Assembly (NCBI RefSeq): GCF_006345805.1
Contig: NC_043002.1
Coordinates: forward strand, 87,668,001-87,732,000
Origin: Octopus sinensis
Taxonomy: Eukaryota
Direction: 5' to 3'
Length of the DNA: 64,000 nucleotides
Below, in pieces: positions 52,101 to 64,000 of the stretch. A program made the translations under genes and the position numbers. Position 1 is the stretch's first letter. Every line of letters begins with the position of its first letter. Below the pieces are notes generated by a model that saw only the letters and a list, made by a program, of their open reading frames with translations, was not told the origin of the DNA and searched no databases.

Positions 52101-55100
52101 CTAACCACTAAGCCACTCGCCTCCACAACACAACGCATTGCCCGAGCAGGAATCGAATCCTGAATCTTACACTCATTACCACAACACTCTAACCACTAAG
52201 CCACTGGCCTCCACAACACAACGCATTGTCCGAGCAGGAATCGAATCCTGAATCTTACGCTCATTACCACAACACTCTAACCACTAAGCCACTCGCCTCC
52301 ACAACACAACGCATTGCCCGAGCAGGAATCGAATCCTGAATCTTATGCTCATCACCACAACACTCTAACCACTAAGCCACTCGCCTCCACAACACAACGC
52401 ATTGCCCGAGCAGGAATCGAATCCTGAATCTTATGCTCATCACCACAACACTCTAACCACTAAGCCACTCGCCTCCACAACACAACGCATTGACCGAGCA
52501 GGAATCGAATCCTGAATCTTATGCTCATCACCACAACACTCTAACCACTAAGCCACTCGCCTCCACAACAGAACGGATTGCCCGAGCAGGAATCGAATCC
52601 TGAATCTTACGCTCATTACCACAACACTCTAACCACTAAGCCACTCGCCTCCACAACACAACGCATTGCCCGAGCAGGAATCGAATCCTGATTCTTACGC
52701 TCATTACCACAACACTCTAACCACTAAGGCACTCGCCTCCACAACACAACGCATTGCCCGAGCAGGAATCGAATCCTGAATCTTATGCTCATCACCACAA
52801 CACTCTAACCACTAAGCCACTCCCTCCACAACACAACAACATTGCCCGAGCAGGAATCGAATCCTGAATCTTACGCTCATTACCACAACACTCTAACCAC
52901 TAAGCCACTCGCCTCCACAACACACGCATTGCCCGAGCAGGAATCGAATCCTGAATCTTATGCTCATCACCACAACACTCTAACCACTAAGCCACTCGCC
53001 TCCACAACACAACGCATTGCCCGAGCAGGAATCGAATCCTGAATCTTACGCTCATTACCACAACACTCTAACCACTAAGCCACTCGCCTCCACAACACAA
53101 CGCATTGCCCGAGCAGGAATCGAATCCTGAATCTTACGCTCATTACCACAACACTCTAACCACTAAGCACTCGCCTCCACAACACAACGCATTGCCCGAG
53201 CAGGAATCGAATCCTGAATCTTATGCTCATCACCACAACACTCTAACCACTAGCCACTCGCCTCCACAACACAACGCATTCCCGAGCAGGAATCGAATCC
53301 TGAATCTTACGCTCATTTCCACACACTCTAACCACTAAGCCACTCGCCTCCACAACACAATGTATTGCCCGAGCAGGAATCGAATCCTGAATCTTATGCT
53401 CATCACCACAACACTCTAACCACTAAGCTACTCCCCTCCACAACACAACGCATTGCCCGAGCAGGAATCGAATCCTGAATCTCATGCTCATCACCACAAC
53501 ACTCTATCCACTAAGCCACTCTCCTCCACAACACAACGCATTGCCCGAGCAGGAATCGAATCCTGAATCTTATGCTCATCACCACAACTCTCTAACCACT
53601 AAGCCACTCGCCTCCACAACACAACGCATTGCCCGAGCAGGAATCGAATCCTGAATCTTATGCTCATCACCACAACACTCTAACCACTAAGCCACTCGCC
53701 TCCACAACACAACGGATTGCCCGAGCAGGAATCCAATCCTCAATCTTACGCTCATTACCACAACACTCTAACCACTAAGCCACTCGCCTCCACAACACAA
53801 CGCATTGCCCGAGCAGGAATCGAATCCTGATTCTTACGCTTATTACCACAACACTCTAATCACTAAGGCACTCGCCTCCACAACACAACGCATTGCCCGA
53901 GCAGGAATCGAATCTTGAATCTTATGCTCATCACCACAACACTGTAACCACTAAGCACTCGCCTCCACAACACAACGCATTGCCCGAGCAGGAATCGAAT
54001 CCTGAATCTTATGCTCATCACCACAACACTCTAACCACTAAGCCACTCGCCTCAACAACACAACGCATTGCCCGAGCAGGAATCGAATCCTGAATCTTAT
54101 GCTCATCACCACAACACTCTAACCACTGAGCCACTCGCCTCCACAACACAACGCATTGCCCGAGCAGGAATCGAATCCTGAATCTTACGCTCATTACCAC
54201 AACACTCTAACCAAAGCCACTCGCCTCCACAACACAACGCATTGCCCGAGCAGGAATCGAATCCTGAATCTTATGCTCATCACCACAACACTCTAACCAC
54301 TAAGCCACTCGCCTCCACAATACAACGCATTGCCCGAGCAGGAATCGAATCCTGAATCTTATGCTCATTACACAACACTCTAACCACTAAGCCACTCGCC
54401 TCCACAACACAACACATGGCCCGAGCAGGAATCGAATCCTGAATCTTTCGCTTCTTACCACAACACTCTAACCACTAAGCCACTCGCCTCCACAACACAA
54501 CGCATTGCCCGAGCAGGAATCGAATCCTGAATCTTATACTCATCACCACAACACTCTAACCACTAAGCCACTCGCCTCCACAACACAACGCATTGCCCGA
54601 GCAGGAATCGAATCCTGAATCTTATGCTCATCACCACAACACTCTAACCACTAAGCCACTCGCCCCCACAACACAACGCATTGCCCGAGCAGGAATCGAA
54701 TCCTGAATCTTATGCTCATCACCACAACACTCTAACCACTAAGCCACTGGCCTCCACAACACAGCGCATTGCCCGAGCAGGAATCGAATCCTGAATCTTA
54801 TGCTCATCACCACAACACTCTAACCACTAAGCCACTCGCCTCCACAACACAACGTATTGCCCGAGCAGGAATCGAATCCTGAATCTTACGCTCATTACCA
54901 CAACACTCTAACTACTAAGCCACTCGCCTCCACAACAACACAACGCATTGCCCGAGCAGGAATCGAATCCTGATTCTTACGCTCATTACCACAACACTCT
55001 AACCACTAAGCCCTCGCCTCCACAACACAACGCATTGCCCGAGCAGGAATCGAATCCTGATCTTACGCTCATTACCACAACACTCTAACCACTAAGCCAC

Positions 55101-55284
55101 TCGCCTCCACAACACAACGCATTGCCCGAGCAGGAATCGAATCCTGAATCTTATGCTCATCACCACAACACTCTAACCACTAAGCCACTCGCCTCCACAA
55201 CACAACGCATTGCCCGAGCAGGAATCGAATCCTGAATCTTACGCTCATTACCACAACACTCTAACCACTAAGTCACGCCTCTCC
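43135..55284 (-). repeat. Tandem array of about 138 x 88-bp tRNA-like SINE heads (A box and B box in every unit)
   Basis: Period is 88 (e.g. 43133 to 43221), and 12150/88 is about 138. Minus-strand unit: TGGAGGCGAGTGGCTTAGTGGTTAGAGTGTTGTGGTGATGAGCATAAGATTCAGGATTCGATTCCTGCTCGGGCAATGCGTTGTGTTG. Confidence 0.95.
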
Positions 55285-56874
55285 ACCGATATAAAAGTGC
55301 CAAGCCGTAACTGTTGATTGGCGGAATTGCTAGTGGATCGAGGAAGAGAGCTTGCGGTATCTGTTCCACCTTTTTGATTTGACAGCGATATTAGTGACAT
55401 ATAGAGAGAAGACTAACATGCATGGACAATTACAATTCTTCCCTAAAAAAAAACCTTACCCAGACCTACTGATACATGTACAGATGCATGGTCACCCTTG
55501 ATCAATGCCTTGTGAGTGAAATTTTGTAAACGGAGCCTACGCAGAGTCCGTTGTGTGCGAATGTGTATGTTTATATATGTGTGTGTGTGCGTGCGTGTAT
55601 GTGTGTGTGCGTGTGTGTGTGTGTGTGCTTCGTTAAAAAGCGGCCATGTTCCAGATTTATCTCTTTCATGAAAGATATTTTTTATTTCATTTGCAGTTTG
55701 TTTAGAATGTTAAAGTTTCGAGATCCATAATTATTGTTTCCAGACCTTCTCAGTTTCCTGTTAGACGATATGGAAAAAAACTTGACTTCTACATAACTTC
55801 TATAATTGTCAAATTTATGTAGTATTTACCGCCTAATTTTTCCATTGACCTGAACCGAATAAAATGGACTATACTAAAACTTCTTGAGATAGGAGTGGTG
55901 GTGTTAAACTCGCTGATACGCTAAGTCTATTCCAATGTCGGCCAATACATGATTTGAAACTAGAACGCAAATACCTTGAGCAAACACCTAAAAATTCGTG
56001 TTCAAAGCTCTAACGTTTTCGCTGTTTCACCAACGTCACTGGTAATTTATTTATTGACTCGGAAAGAGAAAAGCAAAGTTAACCTCAACGGATTTTGAAC
56101 CCAGAACGCAAGATTCCGGAATTATTACCGTTATACATTACGTCTGACTCTTTAACGACTCTGAAGATATTAGAAATGAAAATTTGTACTAAAAGGGAAA
56201 CAAATAATTATGTGGACGTAACATTTATGCGTCCGTAGACATAATAATCTCTCTTAACAGCACCAAAGCTGCACTGGTTTATTACAGTCGTACGGAAATG
56301 AAGCTGATTGTATGCCTGCTAACTAATCTGGTCATTCTTTCAGCTGTTTCTGAAAGCAGAATCTTTCGTGGCTTGTCGTTACTTTAATCTGACGTGGTGT
56401 CATTCGTGAATGCTGATACAAAGGTTTCAGCTGCTTCACGAAATTAGTAAACAGAAATGACAACGACAGCATTAATTAGTTATGATAATTGTGTTGGTAG
56501 GAGTTGTGGAAATATGCTAGCGTGGTAATACTGATGATGGTATTAGTAGTGGTGGTGGTAGCAGCAATGATAATATGGTGCATCAGAGATATGGGAAATG
56601 ATTATATTAGAGCTGATGAATGTAATAGTGGTGGTATCATTGGTAGGATTGTAGTGGTGATGCCATTCGTAATAGAAGAGATGATGATGTAAATGGTAAT
56701 AGGTGTGATAATGAGGAGAGTATTAGAGATGAAAAATGATAGTTGTGATGATTGTATTGGAAATCAGAGTGATGCTGATGATGACGACGATAGTCGTGGT
56801 GGTAGTGGGACAGGTGTGTGCAATAATGCTGGAAGTGTTGGTAATAATGTTTGGAGTGATGATCGGGGCCGGTA

Positions 56875-56928
<54 letters not shown>
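56875..56928. repeat. (GAT)n microsatellite next to a diverged GGT/GAT-rich low-complexity tract (56500-56870)
   Basis: Direct read. Confidence 0.9.
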
Positions 56929-56929
<1 letters not shown>

Positions 56930-57126
56930 TCCATGCTAATAACGATGGCAATCTTAACAAAGTTGCTGGCGGTGATAATGAAAATGTTTCTTATGAGATT
57001 GGCGACGATGATAATGATAAAAACAATGTCTAGATATAACGATGCAACGTTATTATTAGTAAATATCAGCCATTTAGCCAAGCAGTCTATAAAACGGTTG
57101 CACCCAAATAAATAATAATAATGTTG

Positions 57127-57176
<50 letters not shown>

Positions 57177-57177
57177 T

Positions 57178-57347
57178 AGTACAACATATAATAATAATAA
57201 TTAGTACAACACCAAAAACTCCCCCCCCCAAAAAATATATGGCACACTAGGCATAACAACAACATGAACTTCCAACCTGTTGTCTCTTGAGGTCTCTGGG
57301 TGAGACTTGGAGCCAACTGTACAAATATAAAGCAAAAGTCAAACATA

Positions 57348-57350
<3 letters not shown>
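57178..57350 (+). mobile_element. Probable 3'-end fragment of a TAA-targeting LINE between (TAA)n tracts
   Basis: Non-repetitive 170 bp ending GAGGTCTCTGGGTGAGACTTGGAGCC...ATAGAA(TAA)n, embedded in the TAA array. Family assignment is inference. Confidence 0.4.
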
Positions 57351-57402
<52 letters not shown>

Positions 57403-59260
57403 TAGTGCTGGTATCACAATAAAAACACTGGTAATTGCGCAACCTGATAATCGCTACCTCATATGAATGACAATGAAACTGAAACCAATGATGGTGACAA
57501 TGTTACACCCGGCAGGCTCAGATATTCTGGCCCGGCTCCAGGCTGTCGATATCCAGAAAGGGACCACCACACACGGCGTAGATGGAGCAAACAAATTAAT
57601 GCTGTGGTCATGAAGTGTTACTACCTGAACAACCCGGTAGGTGAAAATGGTGTTCAAATTAGGGGTTACCGATAACGTATGCATGATGATTGGAGAGAAA
57701 AAGGATTGTTTCAACTCACGTAACAGAGACTATGTGATCAAGCTAGAGCAATAAGAAAAACTTGTTGGTTCACAGAAGTAGAGCTCGAAGCTATCAAAAG
57801 ACGGGTCATGGACAATAGCAGCATAGATAATAATGAAAATACAGTTCTTACTAATAAGAGTAATCTCATAGCAGAGGAAAAGAGCAGTGGTAGTTTACTT
57901 GATGAGAGACATATAGATGATCTAAAAGAAGACGATAAAACTAATAGCGACAAGACAGATGAACAAAAGGCAATCTACGACAGAATGAAGGTAAGATTAC
58001 AGGAGAACGATAGCTACATTATTTGCAACCTTAAAAAGGTTGATCGATGGAAATTGAACCAAGAAACGAAAAATGTCAATGAAATTCTGACATACATCAA
58101 ACCAAACAACATCACAGAAACAAATAATTTGATCAAGGCAGCAAGTATTGTTGTAGTAGAAAATGTGGGCGTCGATGTCAAGAAAAAGAAATGGGACAAA
58201 AGAAAAGATCCATGGTGGAAAAGAAGAATCCAGACAGGGTAAGATATGCTCGCGAAGGAAATCTCTGTGTTAAGACTGAAAAGAGAAAGGGGAGCTTAAA
58301 AGCGAACAACAATACAGGGCGCTGAAAAGGAAGTATAATATTGAAATAAAGGGCCTGAAAGTAATAGTGGAGGAACTGAAACATCGCTTCGTTGCAAAGA
58401 AAGCAAAGATGGTAAGATACGACCAAAGAATGAAGGGTTAGCACCAGAATAGGTTATTCAGAGTAGATCAGAAGATATTCTATAAAGAAATAAATGGAGG
58501 GTGTACAGATGAATAGCTGATACCAGATAACATTGAAAGTCAAAGATTTTGGTGTGACACCTGGAGCAAAAACAAGGAACACAAGGATGCTGAATGGTCG
58601 CAAGGACTGAAATAAACAGTAGTCTGTACAAAACAGGCAAAACTAGTCATTTCAGTTAGGGAAGTGAAGGAAATCAGCCAAAAAAAAAAGAGCAACTGGA
58701 AGGCCCCGGAACCAGATGGAGTTCAAGGCTTGGATCGAAAGATTTGGTGAATGTCATGCACGAATAGCTGCGCAACTCAACACCTTGCTAAATGCCGACC
58801 AAACAACACCAGAGTGGTTAACATTGGGTAGGACAATGCTGTACCTGATAAACATAGAAAAAGGCAATACGGTAGACAATTACAGGCCGATATCCTGTGC
58901 CACTTACGTGGAAGTTATTGACTGGAATACTCGCAGAGTCAATGTACGAACATCTGGAAAGAAATGGAGTCCTGCCTCATGAGCAGAAGGAGTGCAAGCG
59001 TAAATGCAGAGGTACCAAGGATCAACTCCTGATAGACAGAACTGTACTCAGAGACAGCAGGAGGATGAAAAGTAACTTAGCAATGTCATGGATCAACTAT
59101 CGTAAGGCGTACGATATGATTCCACATTCTTGGATTATGGAGTGTATGAATCTGTTTGGTATTGCATCGAATGTTGAGCGATTGCTTGGAAAAAGTACGG
59201 CGAATTGGAGGACGGACCTGACAGCATACGGAAGAAGTTTAGGGACAGCAGAAATTATGA
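57403..59260 (+). mobile_element. Dong/R4-clade non-LTR retrotransposon, 5' part (N-terminal domain and first half of RT), disrupted
   Basis: RRRWSKQINAVVMKCYY...GYR*RMH...QRLCDQARAIRK..WFTEVELEAIKRR is an R4-type N-terminus. It is followed by [49 protein letters not shown] and [15 protein letters not shown], with multiple stops and frameshifts. It begins directly after (TAA)n. Confidence 0.8.
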
Positions 59261-59329
59261 AAATTCCATCTTCATTACCATCATCAACAGAGGAGATCAT
59301 AGTATCTATAACAACTATTATGACATGAC

Positions 59330-60240
59330 TGTTATTACTATTACAGAAAACTCACGGCTGAAATGTTGCTCAATATCCACCTATGTCATTGCAGAGCAAA
59401 TCCTATGTGAATCACGGTATGTACTGATTCCGAGTATCCAGAGGAACAATCTATTTAACATTCTATGGAAGACGGTTGTTGGAATTCCTTTTATTAACGT
59501 TTCACAACCTATAAAACGATTTTGGCATCCCCAATGCAGTTGATTGTAAAAGACTTTGGTTGGCAGCCATGACCAATTTGTGATATTTTCTATAGAACTC
59601 TACAACCGCCTGGTTGGAGGAGTATCGCATCAAAATATCTCTGAAGTGTTTCCAACCATCAAAAAGCTGAAACAAGGATGAATATTTGCTCCAGTATTCT
59701 TGGAAATCATGTACTATTAACTATTAACAATAAGCAACACAGGAATGTCAGTCAAGTATCTCTATGATTGAAAACTTTTCAACCTGACATTATCCGTATT
59801 ACTGAATTGTAAATGCAAAACAGACTACATCTCTAGCACATAGACATCAGAAGACACAGTAAGTGGTTAACAACTTTAAGAACGTATTCGATCACATTGA
59901 AACGGCCATCATCATCAGAACAAAACTGCTCGCACAATCTACTTATCGTACAACTTTTCCAAATTTCAACAACACCATCTTGAACAACGCTATGGAACAA
60001 CTAGATAATGTCACCGACTTTGGAAAATGTCTTTCAATACAATGTATCGCCGAGAAGTTTGTCGAAAATGAAATTCGTGTTGGCTGTGTTATTTTTAGAA
60101 GTCTATCCGACTGTGCCTTCAGAGAAGGAAACAACTTAAAACAACAAACCAGATCCGTTGTCCACCAAGTTGTTGCTGTTTCAACCCTATGAAATGGAGA
60201 CCAAACAATAATCAAGTCCAATCATGTCCAATATTGTATA
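59330..60240 (+). mobile_element. Degenerate RTE-clade LINE RT remnant
   Basis: SIQRNNLFNILWK, EVFPTIKKLKQG*IFAPVFL (compare GVKQGCILAP.LF) and KFVENEIRVGCVIFRSL...TRSVVHQVVAVSTL..YEMET (compare VENRI...TK..VY.AVV.STLLYG.ETW). Confidence 0.55.
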
Positions 60241-60946
60241 ACAAATTCAACTTATACGATCGCATGACCCATGCAAGGTTCGGTATTCTAAGTCGTCAGT
60301 AACATCTAACGATAAATGACAAATGAAAGAGAAGAAATAAATTACTCAGAAACGTGAAATAGTTACCGCTGCCGAAGGCGATGACGTTACTTAGCATTAA
60401 CAGCAAACCACACTGACAATAACTATTCGCTTTGATATCTGTATACTGGACTTTCGCTTTTCGTTGACATCCTTGAAATGTAATCTAAATCATCTCTGAG
60501 TGTGAATGCGTACATTTTGTGTGTGTGTAAATATCTGTGTGCGAGTGAGTCCGAATGCACATGTGGATATGGATACTATATCTAACATTGTATCTTGGGT
60601 GTTAATAAGAAAATATCTAAAATAAGTTTGTTATCTGATTGATGAATAGAATTTCATAAGGATTTTTCTCCTTTGTTCTATTCCTACTGACTATCAGTTA
60701 CAAATCAGTAGGCTACGTTGTGTTGAAAGCTACTCAATCAGTTAATTGGTAAAAAGTTCATTTAATTCACTTGAATAATTATCAACTTGACAACTATTCA
60801 GATTCTTACTGCAGAAATTATTCCACGTCTGAATCAAGGCCGTTTCTAAAAGTATTTTCTATAATTTTTATTTGCATTCAATACTGAAATTGTTTTCCAT
60901 TTCTTCTCCAAAATACTTCCAATGTAATTGTAATTTTTATCTTTAG

Positions 60947-60989
60947 ACAATTCCGATGTTCTGCTCGCAAATAAAAGAAATGCTGGAAG
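60947..60989 (+). CDS. Candidate 43-bp exon
   Basis: Strong acceptor TAATTTTTATCTTTAG and donor AAG/GTAAAC. Open frames are TIPMFCSQIKEMLE or xNSDVLLANKRNAG. Confidence 0.3.
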
Positions 60990-62336
60990 GTAAACAAATT
61001 ACTGGAGATTGCAGTTTGCAAAAAAGGGCGACATTCTTTTAAGTAACGATGTGTATTTTAACAAATGCTATAAACTCATTGTAATCTATATTACAGAACT
61101 GCACGACTTACAGTTACAACTATGCATCTTAATAGATGTATGTGTACTCTGCGTGATAATGTAGTAAACAACCAAGAGTATGTAAATTCGATTGAATTAT
61201 GACAGCGACTAGTAGTAAACTACAGTGTATATTCGAGAAAAGTTACTGGCTCAATACCCTTCTGGCCGCCAACGCTAGCTTTCATTCATGTTACACTTTA
61301 TTCATTTTCTCGTTCAATATTTATTTCTAGCGTAGGAATACAGCCACACATTTTAGGGAGGAAGCAATCATTTATATTACTAACACAAATAACTTAACTT
61401 TGACTGAATTAGAACTCAAAACGTAGCTAAATATGCAAGGTATTTTACCTGTCATTTAACAGGAATAGTGTTCAGGGGAGAATTTTAGATCATTGTAAAC
61501 TTATTTGCTGCACTAATTGCTTATATTGTCTTCGAAGATGAAACCTAGTATGGTTCATGCAATTTTGTATTGATTGCGTGAATGAATATAAAAAAAAATT
61601 AAGACATTCATTTTATTGGAGATATTCACAGAATACTTATAACACAAAACTGAATGACTGTTCTGGTTACTATTTTCAGTTGAAAAGAAAAATCTGAAAA
61701 CGTGTTGCATAAAGACATTCTTACAAGAAATAAATGAGATATGCAGGAATTGGAAAAGAAGTTACTAAAACGTGCAACGGTGATGGCATTGATGTGGAGT
61801 TTATATAAAGTAATATTCACTACTTTCCTCAAAACCATCCATGTTTTATCTATTTGTAGATATTGCAGAAATTAACATAATCTTAACAGGAAGTAATGTT
61901 TCAAAGTAGTTAAAGAAACAAATCTTTATGAATTTGAAAGTGACATAAGAAAATTTTAACTTATTGACCTTACTAAGACTCCGATTCAGCAAACTTAAGA
62001 TCTATGAGTTCCCAATGAAAACTTTATCAAGTTACTGTGACATAAGCTTATTTGTAATAAGTTTATTGTAATGAATTATTTTCTGAGCGATTTTCAGACG
62101 CTTTTCATGTAAAACAAGTTTATCTGACTACCTATATAACATACGACGTTTTGCATTGAGCTTTACGAAGGTGCTTTCAAAATACGAGAGAAGAGAAATA
62201 TACAGGAGATGTAGAAATGAATGCTGTACTTTCAAGTATAACCTTTATATTTTAACATAATTGTTAACGATATTCAGTAATGATTTGCTTTACAGTTTAT
62301 CTCTCATAGTGGTTAGAACAAGTGAATACTGAAATG

Positions 62337-62795
62337 GGATCTTTTCGGTTTGAACGACAGTTTTCTCTAGCGGTGTCATATGAAATTGTCACCCATAATT
62401 ATGACCCTAGTATCGATCTATTGCATTTCAAACTGTTTTAGGGTTACGGTTAGTTACGGTTAGTTAGGGTTGGTTAGGGTTAGGGTTAGGATTGGGGTTA
62501 GGGAGTGGGGGAAGGGTATCTTTTTTTCTTCGCAAATGTAAATAAACCCAATCTGTTTCTTAAACGAGGGGCATATTCATACGGCACAGAATGTTTTTAC
62601 CTCAATAGACGTCATTGATTGGTTGAAATTGCAGAAATTGAAGAAAAAACAAGTATCTTACAAACTATAGAATTTTCTCAATAAAACCAAGAGAAAAAGA
62701 TGTTTTATAAACACATTCTACCAGTATGCGATATTTAAAATTTTTTAGTTACCTAGAAATTATGTTAAAAACTGCCGTTCAAACCGAAAAGATCC
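62337..62795. mobile_element. GGATC-TIR MITE, copy 4, 8-bp TSD
   Basis: Perfect TIR GGATCTTTTCGGTTTGAACG. TSD CTGAAATG on both sides. TTAGGG-like tract at 62438-62503. Confidence 0.93.
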
Positions 62796-63166
62796 CTGAA
62801 ATGGACTGGAATTACTATATCGTCATTAGAATATTAGTATAGGTGTTAGAAGTTGATTGTCTGAAAGGTGTTAAATATGTGGAAACTTGAATAGAACAGA
62901 GGTAGGCACTGATTTGTTGAGAGTTATTAATAAGGCAATAATAATAATCAAGTTTGTTCAAAGTGCTAAATAAGAGTAACTAAAGTAATTACTTAAAAAT
63001 ATTAATTATCAATGGCCGGTTTATTATGGAATTACAGCGGCAGTTTTGTTCTTTATTTTGCGCAGTATGTATTTTTTTCTTTAGCATTTTGTATTTCCTT
63101 ACTTCAGCGCGTTAATAATATCTCACCTCTTTTAGCAATATTTCGTGTGGAGTTCAAAATTCTTAC

Positions 63167-63199
63167 CAGTCTCATTAATATCATAATTTCTCCAAAGTT
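63167..63199 (-). CDS. Candidate 33-bp micro-exon
   Basis: Minus-strand acceptor GCTTACTTCATAG and donor CTG/GTAAGA. Frame-preserving length (xLWRNYDINET or NFGEIMILMRL). Confidence 0.25.
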
Positions 63200-63958
63200 C
63201 TATGAAGTAAGCATCGTAAAATCCAAAGAAATTTATAAGAAAACTTACATCATATACAGAATTGTGGGACACTACATTTGCATAACTTCTCGTGTGTCTC
63301 TATGTTTACAAATCAGAAAAAAATAGGAAAAAAAAAAACGATTTCAATTTATTTTGAATGTGATAAACATCAAAGTAGTGCAAAACCGAATAATAAAATG
63401 ACACCGAATTACCATGAACATTATTCGAGGATTTGAAAGCCCATCATAATGTTCTTTATTGTGCAATAAAGGAAAAGTGGTTACCAGTCTGAAGTGATTT
63501 CCTTTTAGAATTACCTTTTATTTTATAATCACGCATATAAGATTGTTTCTTTTTTGTATATATACTGAGCTTCGTTTATTTCAAGATAATGGATTGATTT
63601 TAATGATTTCACTCGATGTGAAATGGATTACTACTTGATATGGATATCACAGTTAAAGTGTTTTTTTTCTTTTGCTATTAAATTTAAAGAGCAAAGTAAC
63701 GATATTATTTTCCATTGCCGTAATCGGTAGATTTTAAGACAAAGTTCTTTGTCATTCCAGCAATGCAGGTATGGTTAAATTTGGGGCACATCTTTACAAT
63801 GACGATCATTAAGGTACCAGTCATGTGTATGTAATGGGAGCACATATAAACCCCTATACCTTCCTTCCTTCAAAGTCTGTGGGCTCGTGTCTATGTTAGA
63901 AACCGATATAACCGTGTAGTTGTATATACATATATGTATATACATGTGTGTGTATGTG

Positions 63959-63990
<32 letters not shown>

Positions 63991-64000
63991 TGTATGTATG

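Noticed and set aside
48555-54200. ORFs inside the array (MPEQESNPESYAH..., MRCVVEASG...)
   Set aside because: The 88-bp period is not a multiple of 3. ORFs appear only where variants or indels remove stops, and the starts are mostly TTG/GTG.
43135-55284. CRISPR array
   Set aside because: Units are head-to-tail with no unique spacers, there are no cas genes, the context is eukaryotic, and the unit is traceable to a SINE head.
43135-55284. Cluster of genuine tRNA genes
   Set aside because: No 7-bp acceptor stem, and the anticodon-position loop is 8 nt. The same applies to the isolated SINE heads.
56504-57231. Membrane or low-complexity ORFs
   Set aside because: Decayed GGT/GAT/TAA repeats with stops in alternating frames and no splice support.
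60360-60490. Minus-strand exon (ITFQGCQRKAKVQY...)
   Set aside because: The frame is open but the acceptor lacks a polypyrimidine tract and there is no recognisable homology.
63000-63070. Plus-strand transmembrane exon (YQWPVYYGITAAVLFFILR) with GTATGT donor
   Set aside because: There is an in-frame stop just upstream and no plausible acceptor.

Overview
AT-rich, microsatellite-dense eukaryotic DNA, most likely from an Octopus genome (inferred from tRNA-derived SINE families resembling the octopus OK/OR types; not verified by search). No host gene can be named, and only a few splice-bounded candidate exons are visible. The window is mostly mobile-element sequence: three tRNA-SINE families, Penelope-like element (PLE) fragments with GIY-YIG endonuclease remnants, mariner remnants, and a Merlin-like MITE family carrying internal TTAGGG repeats. 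It also holds a Dong/R4-clade LINE at a (TAA)n tract and RTE, CR1-like and Gypsy-like remnants. Two things stand out. (1) A 12.15-kb tandem array (43135-55284) of about 138 copies of an 88-bp unit, each a tRNA-like SINE head with Pol III A and B boxes, lies inside a single SINE and shows higher-order structure. (2) Several minimal type I hammerhead ribozyme motifs with palindromic stem III occur: one is near-perfect, one has a U3:A8 covariant core, and one lies in a PLE terminal repeat that also carries a tRNA-like Pol III cassette. Almost all ORFs in the supplied track are microsatellite or repeat artefacts.
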